A DNA stretch of 64,000 nucleotides from Moniliella sp. 'wahieum'. Lineage: Eukaryota. Below are positions 24,672 to 35,808 of this stretch, piece after piece. The DNA is taken from positions 62,001 through 126,000 of the forward strand of contig RSEE01000114.1 of the NCBI GenBank assembly GCA_003971905.1, read 5' to 3'. The notes under the pieces were generated by a model. It worked only from the letters and a program-made list of their open reading frames with translations. It ran no database searches and was not told the DNA's origin. Position 1 is the first letter of the stretch. The number at the start of each line of letters is the position of its first letter. Position numbers and translations under genes: made by a program.

Positions 24672-26521
24672 ATGGCCGAGCCCAATGCGCAGACCAATGC
24701 ACAGCCCAGCGCGCCGCCCAGCGCACAACCCATTGCGCCCAAGTTGAAGGCGCGCAAAACGCCGCTCTACTCCCTCGAGTTCTTCCCGCCCAAAACCGCC
24801 ACCGGCAAACAACATCTCTTCTCCCGCATCGCCCGTCTCGCCCATCCCGACCAAGCGCACAACGACCCCCACATCCACACCCAGCCTCCCGCTTGGATCG
24901 ACGTCACCTGGGGCGCCGGCGGCTCCACGGACAAGGACAGTCTTGAGATTGCTGCCCGCATCCAGCGTGGCGACCTGACGGTGGAGCAGGACCCATTTTC
25001 CTCCTCCTCGGACGCACCTGCGCACCCGCAACCGGTGGACGTGTTGCTGCACTTGACCTGTACCAACGTGACGCTCGCCGCGCTGCGTGCGACGTTGCAG
25101 GCGGCGCGGCAGGCGGGGATCCGCAACTTGCTCGCCCTTCGGGGTGATCCCCCGCGCGGGCAAGAGTACTGGGTCGCGGCCGACGACCGGTTCCAACATG
25201 CCGTCGACTTGGTCAAATTTGTTCGTGCGGAGCATGGCGATTGGTTCTGCATTGGCGTCGCGGCTTACCCCGAGGGACATCCGGACGACGAAGAGGGTGA
25301 CAAAGTCGGCCGCGACTTGCAGCACCTCAAGGAAAAGCAAGCGGCCGGCGCCGACTTTGTGGTGACGCAGTTGTTTTACGATGCGGAGGTATTTTTGCGC
25401 TGGGAGCGACGTGCGCGCGCCGAGGGCATCACCATTCCCATTGTGCCTGCATTCATGCCGATTGTCAACTACAATGCCTTTCGGCGGATCAGCACGCTGT
25501 GCAAGATCAATGTGCCGAGCGAGGTGCAACGTGCGGTGGAGGAACGAAAGCACGACGATGTGCGGGTGCGCGAGTACGGGACGCAGTTGACCCAAGACCT
25601 GATGCAGCGGATCTGGGACGATGCAGACTGCTACGTTGGCTGTTTCCACATCTGCACCCTCAACCTTGAGCGCAGCACCGAGTGGATTGTAGCCCAGTCG
25701 CCTTGGTGGACCAGCTCTTCTTCGGTGGCCAAGACGGCGGCGCTGGCACCGGGCGAGTGGGACGAGTTCCCCAATGGTAGATGGGGCGACATTCGTTCCC
25801 CGGCCTATGGCGAGATTGACGGTTACGGCGCTAACATCAAACTGCCACCACGGAAGCGCGTGCGACCTGGGGCGCGCCTAGTAGCGATGCTGAGATTAGC
25901 CAGATTTTCGTCCGCTACCTCGAGGGATCCTTGTCCATCATCCCCTGGTGGGACGGGCCGTTGATGGAGGAAACGGAAACGATTCGAGATGCGCTGCTGC
26001 AACTCAACTCGGCCCAGGGTCAAGGCTGGTGGACAGTGGGCTCCCAGCCGGCGGTGGATGGCGTGCCATCGTCAGACCGTATCTACGGCTTTGGTCCGCC
26101 AGGCGGGTACGTGTACCAAAAGGCCTATGTCGAGCTGTTTGTGTCGGACGCCGACAAGCAACGCCTGACACGCGCCATTGCCAGCTCGCCCTTGGCTGAG
26201 CAAGTGTCGTACTTTGCCTGGCGGCCAGGAAGCGGCAGCGAGGTAGAAACGAATGTTGCCGCGGGAGGGGCCAACTGCGTGACCTGGGCCGTATGGCCAG
26301 GAACCGAGGTGGTACAAGCAACCTTGATTGAACCTGCCTCGTTCCGTGCTTGGGCTGAGGAGGCATTTGCCATCTGGACCCAGTGGGCTGCCCTCTTCCC
26401 CCCGCATTCGCCCGCCCATACTTTCCTCACCACCACGTCCCAGCAGCGCTGGCTCTTGACGCTGGTACACCACGACTATAAGCGTCCCGATGCGCTGTGG
26501 CAGTGGCTCGCCCACGTCTAA
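24672..26521 (+). CDS. MET12: Methylenetetrahydrofolate reductase (Met12-like); one frameshift near 25860
   Basis: YSLEFFPPKT, IDVTWGAGGST, LHLTCTN, NLLALRGDPPRG, IGVAAYPEGH, GADFVVTQLFYD, WDEFPNGRWGDIRSPAYGEIDGYG, WTVGSQPAVDG, GYVYQKAYVE. The MET12 versus MET13 assignment is tentative. Confidence 0.93.
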
Positions 26522-27094
26522 TGCACACATCCTCCCATCCCAGCAGCTGCTTCGAGCGAGGCGGTACATAGTATAGCATCCGCTCTGTCAGCCCACGACT
26601 TGTACACATTGCTCCTGCGCGCCTGAGCGGGCCTGCGGCCCACCTGCCCATGCGGCCCACAGCCTGATCGCGCCAAACACGTTGAAGCTGCAGGACCGGA
26701 TGGAGGGGGAGTTGGAGTTGGAAATGGAGATGGACCGCGTCGGGCTGTGGGAGTGGCGCGTCGGAAGAGGAGCCCCCAGAGGGCAGCGACAGCGCAGTGG
26801 GCAACGATGGGCGCGGGGCTGGCCTGCGCTGGCAAGTTGAACATTGCAAGCACCCACGTCATCGATCATCGACTAGATTGCGGTTATCATGGATCGATGA
26901 TCACCGACCCACTGCCTCGGCCAGGGAAGAGCGCCTGTGTTGTAGTAGGGTTGGGCCAGCCCAGGCAGCCCCAGCGTAACCAGAACCAGCCCCGGCCGCC
27001 TCAGCGCCTCAGCGCACCCCGACGCCCCCGTCTGAGCACCGACGGCCACCCCCCCCTCTCCCCTTCCCTCTTCCCCTGCCCGCCCCCCCATCCC

Positions 27095-28284
27095 ATGATC
27101 CTCCTCCCGCCCGAGAACACCATCATCCAGCATGTGCTGACGCAGCGCTTCGCCTCTCCCGGCGCGGTGGACCAGACGTTCAGCGACTTTGATGGCGTTG
27201 CGTACCACGTCGAGGCGCCCAAGGCCGGTCCGCTGACCCTGTCGATGGACATGCGGTGCTGGCCCCAGCTGGTGGCCCAAGGCGCTGAGCAAGTGCTGGC
27301 GCGCGAGTACGGTGCTTACCTCCTGCCTGCGTCCGAGGTCGAGTCGGGGTACTCTTTGTCGCTCCGGTTCGACTACGGTGCGTTGCCAGAGGGCGAGGCG
27401 CGCACGGCGCTCATCCAGTCCGTCGCCTTGCTCAAGCGCAACGCTATGGCCGCCCCGTTCGAAGCTGCGTTCGCGGTGCACAAGGCACTCGCAGAACAGA
27501 CCAACGTCGTTGAAGGCGCTCACTCGGCAAGCCAGACTGGCGCAGCAGAAACGCTCGTCATCCCCTACCGCGAAGACGAGGCAATTTACATCCTCCCCTC
27601 GGCCGACCGCGTGACCGTCGTGTTTAGTACCGAGTTCAAGGACGAGACCGACACAGTATTCGGTCGCCTGTTCCTCCAGGTTCGTCTTCCTCCCCCCCTC
27701 TTGTGCTGCAGAGTAGAGAAGCCCGAGCCCGCTGCCTGCTGCCTGCTGCGGACCGCTGACCCATCCTACCCCATCCTTCCGCTGGATTAGGAATTTGTCG
27801 ATGCCCGACGTCGGCCCCAGATCCAATCGGCGCCGCAGGTGCTGTATTCCAACAAGGAGCCTCCGTTGGAGATTCGCCACTTGCCCAACCTGGCCCAAGG
27901 AGAGAACCTTGGCTACGTCACCTTTGTTCTCTTCCCGCGCCATTTCCAAACGCCCGAAGTGGCATTTGCCACAGTCAGCACTATCCAGCTCTTCCGCGAT
28001 TACCTCCACTACCACAGTACGTCTTCCTACCCTCTTCCCTCCGGCGTGACACTCTCGTTTGCGCGATGGGACCCCCCCCTTGCGCTTCCCAAAAGGAGCA
28101 CTCAGACAGGACGAAAGCTAAGTGTGCCCCCCCTCTCCACCTAGTCAAATGTTCCAAGGCGTACATGCAGTCGCGCATGCGGCACCGCGTGGCGGAGTTT
28201 ACCAAGGTACTCAACCGGGCCAAGCCCGAACAGGCCGACAAGGAACGCAAAACCGCTTCGGGGCGGACGTTCAAGGCGCGCTAA
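27095..28284 (+). CDS. ARPC2: Arp2/3 complex 34-kDa subunit; introns 27680-27790 and 28017-28144
   Basis: [93 protein letters not shown]...[11 protein letters not shown]. Confidence 0.97.
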
Positions 28285-29552
28285 GTCGTCTGCGCTGCCC
28301 TGGCCTCCTGGCCACTTGGCCACGCGTGCCCATGCCCATGCCCAGGGCTCAGTGCGCGGGCAAGGGCAAGGACAAGGGCAAGGGCAAGGGAAAAAGAACA
28401 ATACGATGCATATGGCTGCTATGGGCGAGCAGTAGGGAATGAGGGGGGTTGGGCGTTCGATGCACCAGGGAAGGATAAATGGCAGTGCAGGATGGGATGA
28501 ATCTGAGGCAGGGTGCCAAGGGGAGGTAGGCAAGAAGGAAAGCAGAGACGAGGGCCACAACGCAAGCCAACCTGGCAAACAAAGGGAAAGGGATGGAGAA
28601 CTGAGCGTTTGTTTGGTCTCGGTGCTTGTCGCTGAGATCGACACTTGGTTGGTACGCTGTCCAAAAGCAAAAAATCGTTCGAGGGGGTGAAGCTCAGTGT
28701 GCGCTGCATGGATAGAGTACACTGTTTTCCTCGCCCCATCCAGGTTGACGCGGCTGGCCAAGCGCCATACTTTCCTGATGCTCTCAACGTTCAACACACT
28801 AGGGACAGAAGCGGAACGAAGATATAGTTGGATTGAGGTGTAGGGTACATGGACCTCCTTAGGCATTGAGAGGGAAAGCGAGCGGACGCCACTGATTCGT
28901 TCCTGCGTCTTGTGCCAGCGTATAGCAGAGCCTACACTACTTCCGGTACTAACCCGGAGATCTGAGAGCAACCTCGCACGTGTGCTGCAGCGGGGGGGGA
29001 AGCCAAGACGAGTGGGTACATGCATTCGTATCTATGGTGATGTGGGCGTGTGGCCAACACATGGTATCCGGTACGCCCCGCTTCTCGATGGGAGTAGCTT
29101 AGGAGGTCTGTATAGGGTCGTGTGGATGTATCGTCAGAAGGACCAAGTGTGGCATCTGAAGCTACTAGTACTCGTTACCAACCCTACTTCGCTCACAGGG
29201 ACTGAAAGCCGATTGAGCATGGCAAGACACTGGCCCAGTGGCGCTGATGGCGTGGTGAGTAGTGACTCCACTACTCGGTGGGTTGCGGCAAAGCTTCAAT
29301 ATGCGTCCCAGTCGGCGAAGCCTAAGCGCCAACCCACGCCCAGTGCCCCACCGCCTGTGTCGGCGATTGTGCATCGTTCGTCCTAACGCATTAATCCCCA
29401 ACCACCCCTGGCTTTCGCCACCCATGCCCTCGCCCAACGCCAACCCCAACGCCATCGACCCCACCCCGCCCTCGCCCCAAGGCAGCAGATCGACGCCCAC
29501 CTTCACCACCACCACCGCCTCCTCCTCCTCCACGTCCCCACACCCCCGAGTC

Positions 29553-30797
29553 ATGCCCCGCTCTCGCCGTCAAAGCAGCACGGCCGTGCCGCCGTCTGAC
29601 CCCAGCCCCCCGAGCAGCCGCCAGGACCCGCTACGGCCCCCACGGAGACGGACGAGCACGAGGGGCCGGTGCAAGGGCCACGTGAATGGCCGCCCAACCC
29701 TGCGCCAGGCGCGTCGCTTGCCCCGCCCAGATCGGATGAGATTGTGATTACCAACGTGCGCCAGGCACCTGTTTGTACGTCTCCTCTCTCGCTTTCCCCC
29801 TCTACTCCTCGTGCCCAGAGGCGGGACATGGCAAGTGGCAAGGGACGCTTGCTGTGGGACCAACGAGTCGAGTTTCCTACGCAGAGTAGAGTAGATAGGA
29901 TGGGATGGGATGTGGGATATGGGATGGAATGGGATTGACTAACACTGCCCTGCGCGCACAGCCAGTCGAGTGGAACATCGGAACGCTGCGCTTGCTGAGC
30001 ATCTCAACGAATTGCAGCGCTTGATCCCAGCGGCTCATCCCTTGCCCTTGCATTTGGCTGCGACCGCGAGGGAGTTACTAAGCCCAATGCCGCGGGTGGA
30101 GCACGAGCAAACCCACTTTTACCATGCGGTGATGAGCTTGGTGCGAACAGGCCAGTTACCGCTGGGCGATCCGGCGGTGCGCAGGATGCTCAGGGACGTA
30201 CGACGGGACTCGATGGGCGCACGACTGCGCGAGGTGGACCGACGGATCCAAGCCTTGCCTCGAGGCAAGTATGTCCGCAAAACTTACAAACCCCATTACA
30301 CCCATGGCAGTGCCGTCGCGCGCCTTTCACAGCCTCCTTGCCCCCACCGCCTGTGGAGGTAGATTTGGTCGACCCGCCACCTCCGAGGGCGGAGACCGAC
30401 TTGCACTGTCCCGCCCAGCTAGCCCGGGAACCGGAACGCGAACGGGAACGGGAACGCGAACGCGAACGAGAGAGGGAGAGGGGAGGGCGTCCCATCCAAT
30501 GAGAGCGAATGTGCCCGTGTGTGCTGGTGCAACTGTGCGCTACGCACAGGGGGGGAGGAAGAGAGTTTTTTCCTCTACTTTTTGCCGTGTGGACATGTGA
30601 TTGATGGGGCGTGTCGCGAGCGCTTGGGTGGCGTGCATGCCAATGCTGCCCTTGCCAACGAAGAGGGTGGGCGAGCGGCGTGGGGTACGCGTAACGGCGG
30701 ATTCGATGTGTTGGTATCGTGTCCGGTCACAGAGTGCGACGAAAAGTGGACGTCTGTGCCGGGCAAACCCAGCTCGGCGACGAGGTTGTATGTCTGA
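29553..30797 (+). CDS. Putative SIM-containing RING-variant protein (Slx5/Rfp-like SUMO-targeted ligase subunit); intron about 29775-29961
   Basis: Across frameshifts: SDEIVITNV and VEVDLVD (SIM-like), YKPHYTH, then PVCA.CNCAL...LYFLPCGHVIDGAC...CPVTEC...RLYV*. Confidence 0.55.
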
Positions 30798-31283
30798 AGG
30801 TGTGGGTTTGATTGCGTGGCCTGGACTGGTCTTACGCATACCCTCCTCTTGGCTTGGTCCATCGGGTGCGGGCTCCTTAGGCGTTGTGGCCCCTTTGGGT
30901 GTGTGCGAGAGAGGGAACATTTTGCATACTGCTACATCAGCATCCCGATTGTACCAAACAATAGAGAAGGCAGCATTGCAATAGGCAAAAGGGAGCCCAG
31001 GTCCTCTGATTTCGGAGGCACAACGTAAGGCTCAATCCTCTGTATAATGTCCACCACTGCTGGCGATGATCAGTGATCACACCGTACATCAATGTGGCTG
31101 CCACGCCTGATTGGATGAACCCTTTTGAGGGTCTAGATCGTGCTTCATGAAACACCATGCACCATGCATCATGGAGCTGCAGGCGCGACCCGAAGGGTCT
31201 GTGCGGAGAGGCAATCGACATTTTTGGACCCCCAAAACGTTAGAGGTTCAAATCATATGAGTAGTGCTGTTCCAACGGTAAAT

Positions 31284-31440
31284 TCCTGTTTTTCCTTGTT
31301 CCGCAGCTTATAATAGCCCCTGGTGGCGACTCACTGTTTGATGTTCCTCTGTAGGCGTTGCTGGTTGGCTTAGACCACCACCGCTACCACTAGTGCGATT
31401 TCATCACCCTCGAGGACCATCTGGACTCCAGATCTCATCA
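31284..31440 (+). repeat. 5' LTR of Ty1/copia element (5'-truncated)
   Basis: About 157 bp, roughly 90% identical by eye to the reverse complement of about 42129-42286. Ends ...GATCTCATCA. Confidence 0.9.
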
Positions 31441-34180
31441 GAGTTACAACTCTTCGCTCATCCAGTGAGCAACGGTGACCCACAATTCCCTTTTCCATCC
31501 CTCACCCTCTCCGTATCCATCCCTTTCCATCGGCGTCTTTTATCAACAATGAGCGCCATTTCACTTCCTACCCCTCAGCTGTCGAACCCGGACTGGGCCG
31601 ACCAGCACCTTCTGTCTCCTTTTCCTAAAGAAGGCATTACCTTCACGCGTGCATCGCAGTTGGCCAACGAACAACTGAGCCAATACCAAGCCCTTTACCA
31701 TATTCTTGAGGATCGCAGACCTTTGGTGGCCAAAAACAATGCGTCTGATTTTCAAACCCGTCTCACATTTATCTCAGGCAAACTATCAGCTCTTGAGCAA
31801 AAGGTCGTGAAAATGGTCGGCGATCCTACTAAGCGACTTCCCAGCGATCCGTCTGTCCAGCCGACTGTCGTGCGTCACTATGACGAGTTGCGTAGTGTGT
31901 TCCACCGCACTTTGATACATTTTTGCGAACCGTTTTGGTTCTCCGCTTCTTCTTCCCAACAATCTTCCGCAACATCGGAACCGGAGGATCCCGTTGCGAC
32001 CCCACGGCCGGTCGCGTCACCTTTGTCTCACGACGAGTTTGTTCATACTCCTGTGGCAACAACGACACATCGCCTCCTCCGATTGACGATGCAATCTTGT
32101 CAAGTTTAAATAATCTTTTCCGTTCAGGCGCATCCCCCGAAGTTCTCGTGAATACAGCCGAGAAACGTTGGGGTACTGACGTGGGCATTGCCGCTGCTAT
32201 GAAGGTTATCGATGATTGCTCGTCCAGAGCACCCACCGGCAATGTTTCGTCCGTGACGCCGCCCCTGCCTTCTAACCCGGAGCCCTTCCCAGCCTTGACC
32301 AAAATTACCGAAGCGTCAACGTTGTGGACAAGTACAAGGTGGGACAAGATTTCTGGCCTTGGGCGGACTTGGTTCTGGGCAGACTTGACGATGCGGTCGC
32401 CGGTGCTCGCGCTTTGATTCAAACTGGAGAAGCTGATCCCCATTACAATCGCTTACTGGATCACAAACTACACGCTCCTCTCTTGGCTCACTTGCACCGC
32501 AATGTTAGCGCGTCTATTCCATATTCTGTTACTAACGGCCTGGCTTCCGTACTTTTCCGTATCCTGTTACAACGTTTCGGTCAATCGTCACCGGCCGAAC
32601 ATTGTGATATTATCCGGCAGCTTCTTGACCTTCGTCTCGGGTCTTCGACAGGATCCACATACGTGGAGCGGCACCGCAGTCTGGTTTACAAACTGGAAGT
32701 GCGTTTGGGTCATCCCTTTCATGATAATGTCCTACGTTCTTTTTTACTCAACGGTCTCCAGGATCCAACGTTTGTGGCATTCACCCCTCACACGAACTAC
32801 GAACAGGTACTGATGTTGGTTTCAAGCCGTCCGGCAGCACGTTCGTCATCGTCTCTTCCGAACAAGCCTTCTGTAACGCAGGGCTCAGGTGGTCGAAAGC
32901 CTTCTCATACCAGTACATCTCAGGGTGGCCGGTCGTCTCGCAAGGGGGGCTCTTCCCAATGGAGTGGGGCACCTGGGTCAGGGTCTGGTCAACGTAGAGG
33001 TGGGACTGTGTCTTAATACGGATCTCAAGGCACCGCCAATTGGACTGCTGCTAACACTGTGGCTCCTGTTCCGGGTTCTTCTGTGGCAGCGTACCCAAAC
33101 GCATCATTTGCCGGAGGACCCCTGCATTTCCCTCCTATTCCTACCAAGGATTCCAGTGCGTCCAGCCTCTCTCCTTCTCAACAGTCTGAATAGGACGGCG
33201 CGGGGAGTACTTCGCCAGCCACCCTCCCTGCGCAACATGATTCGGGCGCGCGCCCGTTTGTCTTCAAGGATAGGAACACATTTACTTCACTACATCGTAG
33301 TCATGCTTCTATAGTCCTTGCAGATGGACGGGTCGTGCAAGACGCTGGCATTGGCACTGTTTCTGTCTATATCCATACCGTAACCCCTGTTCGTTCAACT
33401 CCCTAATTCCTTCTATCCTCCTGTCTCACTTTCCACTCTTGATTTTTACCCACTTTTGTCGACATCTTTTCTCGGTCCCATGCCCAATACTTCCATGATT
33501 ACATGCATGATTCCCGACTCGGACCGCACTCAGCCTCCTCTTGCCCTTGCTCTCGACCACGCGCGAGACGAGGACGCACTCCTTCTTACCACCGATGGTG
33601 TTCCATTGGCGCCCAAGTCCGTGCGGGCTCTCGTCGGCCACCCTGCATTTGATGATGTCCTTGCTGCCTTGCGCGTTGAACTGACGCGTTTCGATTCTCG
33701 CAAGGTGAAGGAGGTGGTGCCCATTCCTCCGGGGGCACGTGTGTTACCCTGTATTTGGGTCCTCAGTACCAAGACGGATGCTGAGGGCCGCTTTGTCAAG
33801 TATCGTGCGCGTTATGTAGTGGGAGGACATCGCCAGCTTCCCGGATCATGGACCAAATCATTTGCTCCCGCGGTTCGCACCTCCGCCGTCAATACTTTGA
33901 TCACCGTCTCAGAGGCGGAAGGGCTCCAGCAGCTCTTTACGGCCGACGTTGAAGCGGCGTACCTGTATGCGGACGTGACCGAAGAAGTCTATGTTCGGCC
34001 GCCTCCCTTTTTCCCAGAAGGGAAAGGCAAGTGTCGTCAGCGGAAACTGAAGAAGAGTCTTTTTATGGTCTCCATCAAAGTGGAGCCAATTTTGGTGACT
34101 GGCTGCGTACTTTCCTTTGTGACCGTCTTAGCTTTAACACTGACGATTTTCTTGTTGCTTGCCGTTCGGGGGACTTACTC
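31284..34180 (+). mobile_element. 5' half of degenerate Ty1/copia LTR retrotransposon (gag, Zn knuckle, protease, N-terminal RT)
   Basis: Gag from ATG 31549 with a UBN2-like segment (ILLQRFG...LLDLRL...LLNGL). Degenerate CCHC knuckle at about 33009-33048. Protease IVLADGRVVQDAGIGTV at 33311-33361. RT CIWV..KTDAEGRFVKYRARYVVGGHRQ..DVEAAYLYA..EEVYVRPP..YGLHQSG..DDFLV. Confidence 0.93.
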
Positions 34181-34669
34181 CCCCCCCTCCCCCTCTGTGT
34201 TCATCACGGTCCCTTCATGTCGGCGGCTCTTCATTTCCAAGTGTTTGGCTCCGTTCTTTCCCTTCTCTCGTACCGAGGATCAGGAAGGACTCCGACTGCC
34301 AACTGAAACTGACAACGTGTACCTCAAACCTACGAACGGAGCCCGTCCTGCGTTCACGCTGGGGGGCACCTGTGCTAGGAGCCCGAGAGAGTCGCAGGCG
34401 ATCTCTGCGCCCAACAGCGCACAACGCTCTGTGTGAGTGCTCCGTCTGAGTGCTCTGTCTGAGGAGGAAAGATGGGATACGGATAACGATGGATGAAAGG
34501 AGGTACACTACTCTCAGGCTGTACTACCCCGGCAGCAGTGACCGTATAGCCATAGCCGCAGTCATAGCAGTAGCAGTGCGAAGGAAGAAAAAACGAGGAA
34601 AAAAAGACGAGGAAATGGAGGAACCAAACATAAACAGGCATTCTCGGGACGTGAACACATTAAAGGAAC

Positions 34670-34900
34670 GGAGGAAGAGGAAGGAGAAGAGGAAGAGAAG
34701 AGGAAGAGGAAGAGGAAGAGGAAGAGGAAGAGGAAGAGGAAGAGGAAGAGGAAGAGGAAGAGGAAGAGGAAGAGGAGGAAGAGGAGAGGAAGAGGAAGAG
34801 GAAGAGGAAGAGGAGAGGAAGAGGAAGAGGAAGAGGAAGAGAAGAGGAAGAGGAAGGAAGGGAAGAGGAAGAGGAAGAGGAAGAGGAAGAGGAAGAGGAA
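34670..34900. repeat. Pure polypurine tract, mostly (GAGGAA)n
   Basis: About 230 nt with only A/G on the + strand. Confidence 0.95.
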
Positions 34901-35808
34901 CACAGAACTAGACCACTTTCGCCTGCGTGGTCCGGGGGAGGAGAGGGGAAGGTAGCGTGGAAGATAGCGTGGAAGATAGGATGGAAGATAGGATATAGAA
35001 GGTAGAGTGGCCAGCGCGAACAGCGAGGCGCGAGGTGCGGCCCGAGGGAGGGGGGAACCATTGCAGGGAGGAACTAACCGTTCGATGGAGTTGGCCAAGC
35101 AAACCAGACCCAACCCCACGCGCACACCGCAACGAAGACTGAGTACTGGCAGTATAGGACGGAGTGGTGGGCCACCCGCCATCCCCGCCATGCACAATAC
35201 AATGCACAACACAATGCAATGCAACGCAACGCAACCCACCAGACACATTACGGCGTCGCAGCCTGCGTGGTCTGAGGTTCGACGTTCGAAGTGAGCTGAG
35301 TCTGAGGTCTGATGTCTGACGGACAGAAAGTACAGGGGAGCAGCATTAACATGCATACGCGGCGAAAGGACAGACAAAGGAAGGAGGGAGGGAGGCGGCG
35401 GAGGAGGGGGACAGAAGGGGCAAAGGGGGACTACGCTGCACGCAGGCGAGAAGGGGATCGTGTGGAGCTAGCTGTACGAAAAGGATTAGAGACAAGTACG
35501 ACAGGCACAAGGAAGGGAAAGGGAAAGGACAGGAAAGGGGGAGAAAGGAGAAGAGGGAGAAAGGTGGGAAAGGGAGGAGAAAGGAGAAGAGGCGAACAAG
35601 CAAAGAAAAAAAGGGAAAGGGGGTAAGGAGAAACGAGAAAGGGGGATATATAGTTGCCATCACAACAGCAACGCGAACCAAGGTCCGAGGCGCACCACCG
35701 CCCCAGGCCCTAAAACCAAAGGTCCAGGTCCAACCCACCAGGCAAAACTGCCCAGGGTAAGTGCAGTAGTGCAATAGTGCAGTCGTGCAAAAGTGCAAAG
35801 TGCCTGGC

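Noticed and set aside
30268..30549. Extra introns in the RING-variant gene (GTATGT at about 30268; about 30359-30549)
   Set aside because: These stretches encode the YKPHYTH motif, a SIM and the first RING Cys pair, so they are more likely exonic.
31200..31283. DNA-transposon terminal remnant truncating the 5' LTR
   Set aside because: Only a vague resemblance; no partner TIR or TSD in the window.
34450..35377. ORFs encoding RG, LF, poly-S or poly-E repeats
   Set aside because: They are translations of the GAGGAA tract, which has no stops in any frame.
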